64,000 bases of DNA from Tubiluchus corallicola (lineage: Eukaryota; Animalia; Priapulida), in assembly GCA_030141605.1 (NCBI GenBank), contig JAQGDQ010000019.1, positions 1,240,001 to 1,304,000 of the forward strand. Direction: 5' to 3'. The notes beneath the pieces are model-generated. The model ran no database searches. It was not told the DNA's origin and worked only from the letters and a program-made list of their open reading frames with translations. Shown here piece by piece: positions 11,193-23,720 of the stretch (its first letter is position 1; each line of letters opens with the position of its first letter). The position numbers and the translations under genes were made by a program.

Positions 11193-14100
11193 CTGTAAAA
11201 AATAAGGATACATTTTAGTCAGTATCATATCTTATTTATATCCTCTAATGATATAATTTGCACATATGATACATCATAGATAAAAACCAGACCGTCAATG
11301 ATGTAAATATTATGTAAAATGGTGGTGACCCTGCATTAAGTAAAATTTCGCAGTGTCAAGAACTGTTACATTATAATGGTTTCTGTAAATTTTATTTGTT
11401 TCAAAATTGATATAATGAGACTCCAAAAAGTTCTGTAGTGAAATTATTCTATTGTATGTATTTTAATAATACAAAAAGTCATAAAACCAGCTGGGCCAAA
11501 ACATGGCAGTGTCAAACCCATTTCGCCCTAAGCTTTAATTTGATATATTACTTGATATGATTGGGATATTTCTAGTTTGTGACCTTTGTGTGACCCCGAG
11601 TGGGCCAAAATTTTGGCAGTGTCAAAAACTAATATTACAATGTTTTCTGTAAATGCATCTGTTTCACCACAAAACTGTCAAAAAATATGTACTTTATCTG
11701 TTTTGGCAGAAATGATCCCTGTAGGTGACCTATAGGCAGGGTGCATAAGATTATGGATATGTATAAAATAGCTTATTTTATGGATTTTTGAAATTTTATT
11801 TTATGGATATCAATAAAATAAGAAATAGACTATATCTGGAACGAGATGCCCAGGGGGAAATCAATTAAAAAGTAAAAACAGGAGTGCTTGAAACATGTTT
11901 TTAAACACGCAGGACTTAGTTTTAATTTTATCGGTTTCGTTTTAATTTTATCGGTTTCATATCACTTCAGATTTAATCAAATTTTACGAGACAATGCCTT
12001 GTAATTCACCACTTCAGTTCAAATAATTCGCCTATTTGGTACGACTGTAAAATGTCCTCTAGGCTGAAGTTTCCGATCCTAGTGGCTGGGTCTCTCTCAT
12101 TTATTTTCAGACCAAACTCCAGCTCATGCTTTGGTTGAAACTTCGCCATCTTGATAACAAAAAGACAATGAGAAAAAACAATGTAAAATAGCAAATCCGG
12201 AAATGCGCTTTTGTTGGTTTGTTTTCTTTCTCTTTCTCTCCTTCTAACGTTCGTTTTCAGTGTGCCAATGCTTACAACTCGTTACTTTGTACAAAAAAGA
12301 AGCAAAAAATCACAAAAAAAATATTTTTTTATTTTATGCATTTCTTATTTTATGGATTTTTCAGATTTTAGTTTATGGATTTTTGGTCTTATTTTATGGA
12401 TATCCATATCCATAATCTTATGCAGCCTGCCTATAGGTGACCCCAGGTGGGCCAACATTTCAAACCTAGCTCATTCATTTTGACACGTGACATGCATCTT
12501 ATGCCAAGGTTGCTGCACACCAAAGGTTAAATCAATTGTGGACGACGCTCGACAGATGCCGCATGATGACAATGGGTCCCCTTACTGACTAAAGTCAGGG
12601 GACCTAAAAATGGCTATTGTACGGTGCTCTAAATGCTCTAATGATATCAAATGCAAAAACCAAAATTTTCAAGTTACTTCTAAATGTACTCAATATTTTA
12701 TTAAAGTAAAAAGTTTTTAGTATATTGCCTATCTACACTGAGTCTGAAGGACATTGTATTGCTAGGAGGCAAGTTTTGTGTTTCACAGCTGACGATTAGT
12801 TCCTGAACTCCTCAAAGGCAGTGAAGAAACTAAAATAACATGGCCCCTAAGCAGGTATGGAAGCAAATATGCTACTCTTTCGAGTTACAAAAGCAGCTAC
12901 CTCTGAAGCACTATTGGGGTAAACAACTATGAGACACCTAGACACCTATGTCCAACATTTCTTATTAAAGACTAAATTCTGAAAGCCGTGAATAGATGCT
13001 GATCAGTTGGATCTATATCAGAAAAACCCGAGGCATTTTTAAGATCGATAATATCATGATTTTAAAAGAATATGAGAATCAAAAATTTCCATACCGTCAC
13101 GTGACAATTCACCCAAAAGTGCTAAATGCTTTCTCAAAAAATCTTGTTTAGTAGTCTTTCTCTGGTTAAGCCATTTATACTTAGCACACATGTACTAGAA
13201 AACTGACATATGACAGTCAGAATACGTTTCAATCCATAAAATTTCTGTTGTCGGGCAGCAATGCCAACACGAATTTATAGGTAGTAATCTAGCCTATCTA
13301 CTCTAGGTTACTCTATGGTATTCAGTCTAATGACAAATGAGTTTGTTTGCATAATAAATATATCAACAATAAAACAGAATCTTAATTAATAAAATATAAA
13401 AATAATTAGCTTTACATCTGTCTGTAACTACAATTTCAAAACAACAATAAAAATATGTTTCATTGTGACAGTTAAGTAGGGCTAAGGAATTAAACATGAA
13501 AAATAAACTGGTCACTATATAGCATGTACGATACTTAAATTTATTTTATTTTAATGTCTTAAAATTAAGTGCCTACTAGTACTATTACAAGTACCCGGTT
13601 TTTCTGCTGGCTGCTGCTGTATGAATTTAGGTGGAAATTTCCGTGTCAGCTCTTCCAGGAGAGTATCAACTCGCTGTGTTTGAAACATCGATCCAATCTC
13701 TTCATTTCTCTTTTTCTTTTCCTTTTTGTCACGTTTTTTTTCTGCACAGAACATAAAAAATGCAATGATTATCAGAAAGCCTTGTTTACATAAAAAAGCA
13801 GTCTATGTTTTTTTTATTTTCTTGTATACAATCTTGTATATCGCCCCTCCCCTCCCGTTTTGTACCGCCAAACTCATTTACAGCAGGGGAGAATGGCCAG
13901 GAATGAAACAGCTGTCCCATTACCCTCTGTCAGGCAAACTGGAGAAGTACAGCCAGCAGCCTAGTACCAGTGGCTTCTCAATACAATGCCAGTTGTGCTA
14001 GGTTGTCATATGCTCTGCTGAGTCACTGATACTAGCCAAATGTAAGGAATGTATAAAATAATGCATATTATCGCGTCTTGATGGTTTGCAAGTTGTACCG

Positions 14101-17100
14101 TACATCATACAATCAAAGCAACTCCTTCAGAACCGCACCACTCAAAATAGGTCTTATAAGATCTATGACTTTTCTGCTACTGTATGAGCACAGACAATGT
14201 AAATGAATACAAATTAGGTACTGCTCTATTCAGGAGAATCTTGGCTATCCAATCATGCTATTCGTTTAAGCATGTATAAATGATTTAATTGGATAAAATT
14301 AAGAACATGTCCCTTTCAGGCAGTCCAACATAGCATATTGAGTAGCTGAATCTGGTTTACACTTTTGTGTTCATACACACTACTTTATTGATCGCCTGCT
14401 TGCTACAGCCCAAGAGAACTGTCTGCTATACAAAATTCTGTTGCTAGTCCAGGAAAAACCAACCAATCAGCCAAGGACAAATTAAGGTTGTCTCATCTTT
14501 TAACAGAAAGTTCTCCTTAAAAATAGAAAAGACTTGAGGCCAAAGTGTATGTCTGGATAGTTGAAATTTTCCGCATTAATGGATTAAACACAAGTGATAC
14601 TGTACATTGTTACAATGGAAATACTGTAGTTACTGAAAGCTTTTTTCAATTTTTTCATCAAAACAATTTTTAATTTGTCTAAGCTCTAAAGTAAGCAAAT
14701 GTATTTCACGTATAATTTTTCGTGAAAGCCCATCGTGTGGGAGTGGAAACTTATGAAAATTATCAAATATAAAGCAATCGTTGCTTAGTGAGAGCAGTTT
14801 TTCATGAACCAATGCAAAATGCAGCAAACTCTTACGGTCCTGAAGGAGTTAATATTACATGCATCGTCTATGTGACATAGTCCTAATGGTAACTGACAAG
14901 AAAATACGTGGCTCTTTTTTCACCAGTATGAACTGGGACATTTGCTAGTTGTTTAAGTAACATTCAAGCAAATCGCAGTATGAAAATTGTAGTGACTTAA
15001 CCTTTTTTGCACATACATGTTTAGTGAAGCAGTAGCCTACTGTCTATTATATAGTTGAGTACATATGACATTTATTATGCAAAGAAAAAAGTTTTCAATT
15101 AAGATCATGTATTTTGAGTGAGTTATTAACTTGCAAAAGATTAAAGTTTAATAAAATCTACATGAATTAATATAAGAACCATGTCGTAGTTTTTTAACTA
15201 TTCATTGCAAAAAAGCCACACGCCTACTCTGTATAAATTTCTTTTCTATTCTTTTTAAAAACTTCTGCACAGCGATAGCACTTGAATGACATCATCCACA
15301 ATAAATCATAATTACACACAAACATTCTACTACTGCTGCATGTAGAGACAAATTGGTGTATGCATGCGCGAGCCCCAGATTTTCCATCAAAAGTAAAAAT
15401 TTGTGTTCTTGCACTAAAAGAAGCGTCTGCAAGTTCGTGAACATTTTCCGGTCCTGATATTAAATTTACAACTGTGGTACATAAATAATTTGTAGCCCAC
15501 TTTTTGAAGCCAACAAATACAGAAAGCATCCATCTTATACCTTGTTGTTTTTCTTTGAACTCCCACCAGTAACCCTTTGATGGATGATAGCGGGAGAATG
15601 ACGATGCTTCCTCAAATGCCGATTGTAAATAATGTATGGTATTCAACTGAAAGACAAAACAGACTAAGTAATTGAATGAAACAGTCTGGAGTGACAATAC
15701 AAACATTTAAATAGATTACCAAAGGTAATCAATGTCCTAATAGGGTATGTGCTTATAAAACAGCCGGTTATAATAGGTCATGCAGTTTAGATATCCATTT
15801 ATAGTAAGCAAATTACATGTACCAATTATCTAGTAAAGTGAACTTGCTGGTCTAATCAAATTATTGGCTGTGATAAAAACAAACTTAAATAAACAACATT
15901 TAAAAACTGTAAAGTCGTTTCAGCACCCAGTGTAATTTTCAAGCTTAAGAAGCTAGGTCAAAGGGACTTTATAAAAATTAATTTAAACACTAAAGCACTT
16001 GCATGGATTTGTTGCAGTTAGAATGCGCCACTATGTATTGAGATTAACTTGCAGTTTGCAAATATTGATTTTATTTTGGTATTTAGAATATTAAAGCAGC
16101 ACTGAATGCAAAATATAATTGGGTGTTTGAGATAGTTTAGACCTTGCTGATAGCCATATTATATTTAAAAACTGGCAAAAAACTTGGAATACTGGCTGAT
16201 TACTGTACCTACATCATTGACTGTTAGCTGAGCATGAAAGCATGATTTGCAATGAGAGCTTCAAAAGGAAATCGCTAGACAAATGATTAAATGTTTAGCT
16301 TCCAGAAATTCTTTGGTAACGAGGTTAACTGCAGTGGAGGAGCAGGTAACAGATTCAAAGCAAAACCGTAGGCTAGCATATTAGCACATGATAAACGTGC
16401 CTGCTTGCAAACAAAACAGTACTTAACATGATTGTTTCTACATGTATCATAGTGCATAAAAGTGACGTAAAGATGACATAAAAGTAGGAAAGGCTCTTTG
16501 GGCACACACAAGTATCTTATTTTAAGTATGTGAAAGAAAAATATCGAGTCGATTATGCAGAGTTATTTGAGTCAATTACCGACAGTTTTTATGTACATTT
16601 GAATAGAAGCAGCCCATACCAGGCACTTTGAGTCAATTAAGCGATTGAGTCTATTAAGGGGCACCTACTGTAGTACTTATAAAATAATGGTTTAATTTAA
16701 ACTTACTACAGTCAAACCTCGTTATACCCCCCCACCCTTTATCAAGCCAACTTCTTTACCACCTGCAAAATGGCCAAGAACAAAACAGCTGTATTCAAGT
16801 GTATATAAAAAGAACCCGTTATACCGCCTCCCGTCACCGGCCATCCGCCAGGCAAATTTTTTTATGTATTCAATAGTGAGATACTGTCAGCAGTCTCAAC
16901 TAATGCCAGCAACTTTTTGATATAATGCCAACTGTACGAGGCTGCTACATACTCCGCCAAGTCTTAGACACTGTGCAGACTCAGGTGTCATTAAAATAAT
17001 GCACATTATTATATTTTGATTGTTTGCAAGCTGTACCGTACGTCATACAATATGACATATTATTGTGAATTTGCCACGCAGTCTTAGTGGTAACTGACAA

Positions 17101-20100
17101 GAAAAGATTTAGCTCTTCTTGCCACAAGAAACCAGGTATTAATTTGTATTCTAAAAATAATACGAACAATTCCCAGAAGAAATTTGTAGTTATGACTTAA
17201 CTTTTTTCCACATATACATGTTTAGTGAAACAGTAGGTCTACAGTCTATTATATAGTTGAGAGTACAAGACACTTTATTATGTAAACGAAAACTTGAGTG
17301 AGTCATTAATTGACATATGATTTATTTAATAATTTACTTCTAATTCATTAACCTTTACAGTGAATATTGAGAACTCTAACCAATGTACACGTCTGACTGT
17401 TTTGGGAATCGTCTATGGTAAAATTTAACATACATCGTTATAATGCCAAACTCTCTGTAATGCCAACTTTTCTTGGTCGCAAAGTGGGCAGTATAAAGAG
17501 GTTTGACTGTAGTTACGGAGGTTACTTTTCAATAATCTCCATAATATCAGGATTTGCATCTTCAAAGTCCATGCTGGGGTGTAAAATTTGAAGTTTTGTT
17601 AAAGGATAAGAAAACACTTTTCATAAGTAAAGCGTAAAAATTTTGTCTTGAAATAATCTATCACTCAAACGCCGTCTTATAGCACAGAAAACTTGCATTA
17701 GCAATAATGCTGTATAAAACTTTTAATTTAAACTCCCGTGATGACCTTTAGGTGCAGCCATTTTAGCAGTGAATCATTCGGAAAAGGTTTAAATAACATT
17801 GCATAATGTAATCACAGCATTCGTAGCACATTCTTCCCCAACTAAGCAAAAGTAACTTCACTTTATTCACTTTATAATGTGAATAAAAACGCTAATATGT
17901 TTTTTGGTGAGCTAGTGGTGCACTCTGGGATGGTGATACATTGATACTGGTTATCCAGTTGGTGCAAACATTTTAAATTATTACGAACTTTTTTGCTAAG
18001 TAACATAACTTTGTATGGAATATACACAAAAATATAACTCTGTTGGAATATACCTTAAAATTCCCCTTTCTTTCCATATAGATCTTTTCGTTGTATATAT
18101 GTATCAGTTCCCCTGTCTGTGTGAAAGTTGTGTAACCTTCATTGATGTCAACAATGCAAAACTCATATAAAAAATAAAATTTTGAAAAGGTTTGTTTGTC
18201 CATGTTTTCTATTTTTAGCCATACGCCATATTGTATTTCACATATTAACATTTTTAAACTAAATTTTGTTTTCTGTGTTTCCTTCAAAGTTAGGCTATCC
18301 AAAAGTTGATTTAGATAGGCAAATTGACTTTAATATTTCCAGCTAAATTTGGCTTCTAAGTTGGCCTAATGGTCTAAAGTGAAAGAAAAGGGGCCATTAA
18401 GGCTAACTGCAGTGTATCCAAAATGCCTTATACAATCACCTACCCACCACTCACAATTCTAATTACAGCAACAAGACATTTGCATAAGTTGCAAAACTAT
18501 CCATAAAAATTTTAAATCATAAAATTCCATGAACTAACCATTCTAGAATTGAGTACTGAGCACAGATCAGGTGCCTGATACACAACACCAGCGATGATAT
18601 AATAATCAGCCTGAGGTGTAGCTTGCGTGGATGAATGACGATGCTGCTTCCTTATTACATACAACACAGGCTCTTGTACATGTAGCAAAATATATTCCAA
18701 ACCAGTCATGTTGCTGAAAAAATAAGAACAATAACTAATAATGAAAGTATTTAAAAAGAGGTCTAAAAGTTAGCATTATTAAATCACTACATACATAGTG
18801 CAAATTATTAGTACATAATCTTTTCCTAGTGTGTCCAAAAACAATGAGTAACGATACAGATACAGTAGACGCTGCTTAATAGACTCACATTGGGACGGAA
18901 GAGTTTTGATCCAATTAGCTGACTGATTCAATTAGCTGATGGGTGTAGGCCTAGCTCGTTGGGTACGCACGAGTGTGTTATTTTAAGTACACGACGGAAA
19001 AATATTGAGTCAATTATGTGAAATTATTTGAAACAATTACAAACCGTTTTATATACATATGAATAGATGTCCATACCAGACGTTTTTGAGTCAATTAGGC
19101 GACTGATTCTATTAACCACGAGACTAATAAAATGCGCCTACTGTATATTACATGAAAGTATAGTTCAAACAATACTGCATCCATTATGCCCTCAAAATTT
19201 GGTGTGAAAGCCTCATACATCTTGTGCAGACTGCAATTTTAAGGAGTCCGATTGGAACAGTGACTCGACAAACTCCAGACCTTCCAACACAACAAATGTT
19301 TTACAAGCTTATCTTTTGAATACCAACCAATGCAATGTTTTCACTATCATCTTAAGTCCATTGTGCCTGACAGAGTTTGGCATTGTTTGGTCCAGTGAGT
19401 TTCAAGGCTTATTTAGTTCTATTGAAAAAGCTGCTTCTCCAGACTTTTTAGGTCACTGGTCCGATCATGCGACACACAACTGCAGGCTGTGCGAGTAGCA
19501 AGGGGCATTCACACTAAACTTTGATTATATGATAGATTCTCTACTATTTCAGCAATACTTTGAAGTAACAAATTGTTCTGGATTGTTACTCATTGTTACT
19601 ATATCCCCTGACAAGTTATGTACCACCCTGTATATGTTTATTTTAAGACTATTACTTTGTGACAAGCATTACAATTACACAATACAACACTGTAAGACTT
19701 GCCATTCTTATAAATTACAGGGATAGCGGCTCAATTCTAAATAAATAGACACAAGCAATAAAAGTTACTTCAGTTGTTCTGGATTCACTCTTTGCATCTT
19801 TATAATTTCATTGTTGCAAGTGCGGTCGTAAAACGGGTTGCTCTTATCCATAAAGTAATCCATTATATTTCCAGGATTCAGCAATGGAATTGCCGCACTA
19901 TCATGCCAGGATAGCCCAAGAGCTGTTTCTAAAAAGTAATGTAGGGAGTAAGAATTCTTAGTAATGCCACACTTTTAACGATAAGTTCATTTAGTTCTCC
20001 AAGCAAAAATGTAAGTGGTTCTGATCTCTAGGAGTACTTTGTACATTTGTACAAGTTGTTGACCTCTGTGAATGCAAATTGATTGGCAGTTGCAAAAATA

Positions 20101-20837
20101 GAAATAACTTCTGACAAATAAATGTTAAAAGATGTGGCAAGCTAACCTGCTTTGTATGGATCCTGTACTAATATAATAAATACGTAAAGAAATATGCCAC
20201 TTGTCAAACTAAAATTAACTGACTTAACTGCAGTCATTCATTTATCTAAGCCTGCAGTTAAGTCAGTGAATTTTAGTTTGATAAGTGGCATTATCCAAGC
20301 ATATCCTAACAATTAAAAAGAACAACATTTTCATAATCAGATTACATCATTGCCCAGCTCATAGCTTGTAATCCGTAGCTTAGTTAACTAACTTCAATTT
20401 TCATGCAGCAGGTGTGTGTGACAGGGTCTAGTGTTCTTGCCGTTACCGTCAACTTGCCCTAGCGATGAAAAGGCAGTAGCACGCATAACTGCTGTGTTAG
20501 CATACAGCTTCTCCACACACAAGACTTTGTACAACCTCCTCAAGATGCAAGCTGGTAACTATCTTCTTACAGAGATGGGCTAATCAATATCGTAGTAGTA
20601 TTGAACACCAGCAGTGTTGTGCTAAGGACCTAATTTTGCATCTCAATACCATGTAACAAAATTGCTGTGTCAAAATATCAGAAAAGATGGATGAGTTGTG
20701 TGAAAAAATTTGGATGCTTTTCGTTTCTAAACTTTTCTTTAACCACTACCCTTCAGATAAACAAGGTTTTCATACCAGGTAGCAAGGATTTTCATACCAT
20801 ACAACTATTACAAGGCTTTTTTACCTCTATCAGCCAT
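11032..20837 (-). CDS. MED6: Mediator of RNA polymerase II transcription subunit 6 (about 260 aa). Coding exons 20825-20837, 20147-20167, 19769-19928, 18539-18713, 15541-15646, 13595-13741, 11032-11192
   Basis: Spliced translation MADR(VQDPYKA)[11 protein letters not shown]...[11 protein letters not shown]...[20 protein letters not shown]...[15 protein letters not shown]...[22 protein letters not shown]...[21 protein letters not shown]...[10 protein letters not shown] matches Med6 hallmarks. All junctions are GT-AG with consistent phases (total 783 nt). The first two small exons are less certain. Confidence 0.95.
11737..12429 (-). mobile_element. Young non-autonomous hAT element in the last Med6 intron
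   Basis: About 25-bp TIR CAGGGTGCATAAGATTATGGATATG / CATATCCATAATCTTATGCAGCCTG, perfect 8-bp TSD CCTATAGG (11729-11736, 12430-12437), TTATGGAT subterminal repeats. Confidence 0.9.
12438..12610 (+). mobile_element. 3' end of a probable Helentron-associated (HINE/DINE-like) repeat, interrupted by the hAT element
   Basis: GGACGACG-type repeat followed by the terminal hairpin GGTCCCCT..CTGACTAAAGTCAGGGGACC-TAAAA. GTGACCCC...GGGCCAA units occur on both sides of the hAT insertion (from about 11320). Confidence 0.4.
13595..13741 (-). CDS. MED6: Med6 exon (EKKRDKK...[10 protein letters not shown]...FPPKF)
   Basis: Inside ORF 13551-13754. Acceptor TGTGCAG, donor GTACTT. Confidence 0.92.
14122..14848. 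mobile_element. piggyBac-like MITE nested in a Tc1/mariner MITE remnant
   Basis: TIR CTCCTTCAGAACCGCA / TACGGTCCTGAAGGAG, right flank TTAA (left flank GCAA). The flanks 14050-14113 and 14853-15160 join up to match 16990-17330. Partial homolog at about 24780-25085. Confidence 0.65.
15541..15646 (-). CDS. MED6: Med6 exon ([11 protein letters not shown]...[16 protein letters not shown])
   Basis: Inside ORF 15224-15706. Acceptor TCTTTCAG, donor GTATAA. Confidence 0.95.
16709..17509. mobile_element. Tc1/mariner (Tigger-like) MITE
   Basis: TA-CAGTCAAACCTCGTTATAC ... GTATAAAGAGGTTTGACTG-TA. Confidence 0.85.
18539..18713 (-). CDS. MED6: Med6 exon ([15 protein letters not shown]...[13 protein letters not shown])
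   Basis: Overlaps ORF 18512-18709. Acceptor TTTTCAG, donor GTTAGT. Confidence 0.95.
18863..19143. mobile_element. Tc1/mariner MITE
   Basis: TA-CAGTAGACGC ... GCGCCTACTG-TA with GAGTCAATTA subterminal repeats. Partial copy at about 16500-16670. Confidence 0.75.
19769..19928 (-). CDS. MED6: Med6 exon ([11 protein letters not shown]...[11 protein letters not shown]...)
   Basis: 160-nt exon missed by the ORF track. Acceptor CTTTTTAG, donor GTAACT, and the conserved [11 protein letters not shown] motif. Confidence 0.93.
20194..20291. repeat. 40-bp-arm hairpin (2 mismatches, 18-nt loop) in a Med6 intron
   Basis: ATGCCACTTGTCAAACTAAAATTAACTGACTTAACTGCAG ... CTGCAGTTAAGTCAGTGAATTTTAGTTTGATAAGTGGCAT. 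Confidence 0.9.
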
Positions 20838-21099
20838 CGTTTGTTTCTTTGACGGAGACTATTCAGCCTTTGTCCAGTAAAATTTGTTGACTGCTCCAAG
20901 CATATCTAGGGAAGGACATCTATGCTGCACAAAAATACATTTTTGATATACACACAACAACAATTTACTGCTTAATATTTTATTTCTAAGTTTATATTCT
21001 TTAAATAGCACTTATTTTTTAACTTAGCAAGCTTGCTCACTACAGTTTTCGGGGTAATGCGCCTTTCACATCATATCTAGAAAATCGGAAACATTTTAC

Positions 21100-22030
21100 T
21101 GCAGTTGATGACAATGAATCACAGGCGACTAATATCATGTGTGAAGTCCAACAGGGATCAATCCTTGATCCATTATTATTCCTGATATATATTAATGACC
21201 TCCCTTTGGCTTTCAATTTTCATACCAGATCATTTGCAGATGATACGAATCTCTTTTTGGTAAATAAAAATCTCGAAAAGTACTGTCAAAGCCGAAATTA
21301 AAAAAATGATATTTTGATGAAGGGAAATTACAATAAAACCAAATTTATGCTTATTACTAACCATCAGTCTAAATCTGATCTATATAATTTTAAAATTAAA
21401 ATGGGTAATGACATCATAGAGCAAAATGTAAATGAGGCAAGTAGAGCAAATAAAATATTTAGGCTTACGTATTAACAACAAATGACATGGAAACCACATA
21501 TTACTTACATATCGTATAAAATCAATAAAATTTTTGGTATCATATCTAAAATTAGGCACTAAGTTGATAAAGACACGCTCAATACAGTTTCAATACTGCA
21601 TGCTAACATTTGCTTTTGCACAACTGCTGCACTATAACCTCTTACAACTGCTCAAAATAAAATTGTTAAAATACTGAATTTTTTTCCAGTAGAGACTAAG
21701 CAACCGCTGCAGCTGCTAAAAAAAACTTTCACATTCCAAAGTTTCATGATATCTGTAATTTTCAACTAGCTAAATTTGTCTGTAAATTTAAACATAATTT
21801 ACTTCACAAATTCTTTTCTGATTACTACACATATACGTCAGATATACAACGATATAATATAAGATCTGCAAAAAGAAATGCTTTTTTGCAAACAGGTTTA
21901 CAACCGGTAGACGTAAATGCTCACTTCAATACAAAGGTGTTGTACTAAGGAACTCCCTTGCGGCAGACCTATTAGCAGGCACATTGATTATTTTTCAAAA
22001 AAAGTACAAAACAACCACTAATGAAATACG
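21100..22030 (+). mobile_element. Decayed LINE reverse-transcriptase fragment (CR1/L2 group)
   Basis: CEVQQGSILDPLLFLIYINDLP...SFADDTNLF (RT motifs QGS..P and FADD), followed by a frameshifted C-terminal remnant. Confidence 0.85.
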
Positions 22031-23268
22031 ACCATGATCAACAATTAATATGTTTTTGTGTTCTTGTCCTGGCTCGTAAGCCTAATATAAAAGCCGTTAT
22101 CATTTGATAAAGTGCCTATTGTTTTGATTTTTCCAACACATTTGTTTTTCTTGTCCAGTATATTCTGCTCGCAGTTTATGAAATGTTTTGCTTTTCAGTG
22201 AGCAACAAGTTGTAGTATATCAAATGAAAGGTGTTGGTGAGACAGACTGAATGGTGTATCTTGACCCGTATTTGATTGAGCCTTGAGCCACTGGTCAAAA
22301 CGTGACAAGCTTTTATTTTATTGAAACTGTTAATCGAGTCAGATACAGCCATACTTACATACAATAACATACAATGTTGTTAATTATTTTGAAAACAATT
22401 TTTATTTGCAAATACAAAACAAAAGCTGTCATGTAAAGCATCTCCTGTAACAGAAGCAGAATCTTACCACAGTTTTTGACACAGTCAAAAACGTCCACTA
22501 GTTAAGTTTAGCTTATTAATGCATTTGTACATGATTTGTACAGTTTGTAAACCAACATATATACATAAGATTTGAGGTTACAGTTCCAATGACGGCACCA
22601 TTCTTAGCGATCTATATACCAAACAAAAGTTTCGATCTAGAAGTTTACCATTGGGGGTTTGTTTTTTTAATCGGGCCCCCGCTGGATTTTTCTCCAGATT
22701 TTTGCAAAATTCATATCTCTTGCTTCTAGAGCAATGGGATGGGCCAGAGGGGAGATGCTGGTAATGGTTCGATAGCTCGTTCAAAGTTGGGTCTAGTATG
22801 GCTATTTATAATTTGCAGGAGGGCCACGGCTTTCTGCTATGACAGTTTCCCGGACTCACCGAAATTTTGCAGAAGAATGCACAAATAGCCTCCACAAAAA
22901 ATGTATTTGTGTTGCCATTTGGGCACATTGGGAAAAAATCTTGCGGAAAGAGGAAGAAACATTCTACAATTCGTAAAGGTTTCGTTAGGGGAGAATCCAC
23001 TGTACAAAATTCTTTTTCAACTTTTCTTCTTTCTTATATATATCTATAAATGTGTATATATGTCAGTCTATTATCATCGACAAAATTAATGGTTAAAGAA
23101 AGGCTGATAAACACTATGCGAAATACTCGTGCTTTGTATTTCCCAAAAAATAAATTACTCTTACGCTCTTATTACTCTTACGAATGTGGAAGTTATAAGA
23201 AGAATTACTGAGTGTACGACGACAATGATGGAATTTAGAAAAGAATGTGGAGCCAATATGCAGCTATG

Positions 23269-23332
23269 AAGATACGAAGACCCAAGGATAACTTGTCCAA
23301 GATATGAAGACCCGAGGATAACTTGTCCAAGA
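23269..23332. repeat. 30-bp tandem duplication
   Basis: AAGATA(C/T)GAAGACCC(A/G)AGGATAACTTGTCC repeated twice. Confidence 0.85.
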
Positions 23333-23379
23333 ATACCTTATTCCAAAGAAATTAGGATCTAGATGGTAACTATTTGTAA

Positions 23380-23720
23380 ATGGTCCTCTCACAAATGCTT
23401 TTTGAAACCGTTAACTAATGAAGCACTGATGGCATCTGATGAAAGATTATTCCATGGTTTAATTATGCGATGCCCAAAGAAGTGTGATCTGATGTTGGTT
23501 CTAGCTGGTTGCACAAATGACTCCTGACCACGAAGAACACTGTCAGGCCTGCAAAAAAGTTTGTCTCTAGACAGTAATTCTATTAACTATTTTGAAGTAG
23601 TTCACAATGTCTACAGTCTCACGCCTTTGCTCGGGGATAGAAATCGAAGTGGGATCCAAATCAATAGCAAGACGAGTACATATATTCTGAGCTCTTTCGA
23701 GAACTCCAGTCACATTTTGA
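23380..23720 (-). mobile_element. Decayed CR1-clade LINE 3' fragment
   Basis: LERAQNICTR...EQRRETVDIVNYFKIVN and TNIRSHFFGHRIIKPWNNLSSDAISASLVNGFKK. Confidence 0.7.

Noticed and set aside
22560-23060. GC-richer block with several short ORFs as a gene or Helitron
   Set aside because: No domain, TIR, TSD or diagnostic terminus could be established. Probably an unclassified repeat.
23431-23496. Box C/D snoRNA-like pattern (GGCA-TCTGATGA ... CTGA-TGTT)
   Set aside because: The minus strand is simply the CR1 ORF2 C-terminal remnant (RSHFFGHRIIKPWNNL). It is antisense to the presumed host gene and I recognise no rRNA guide.
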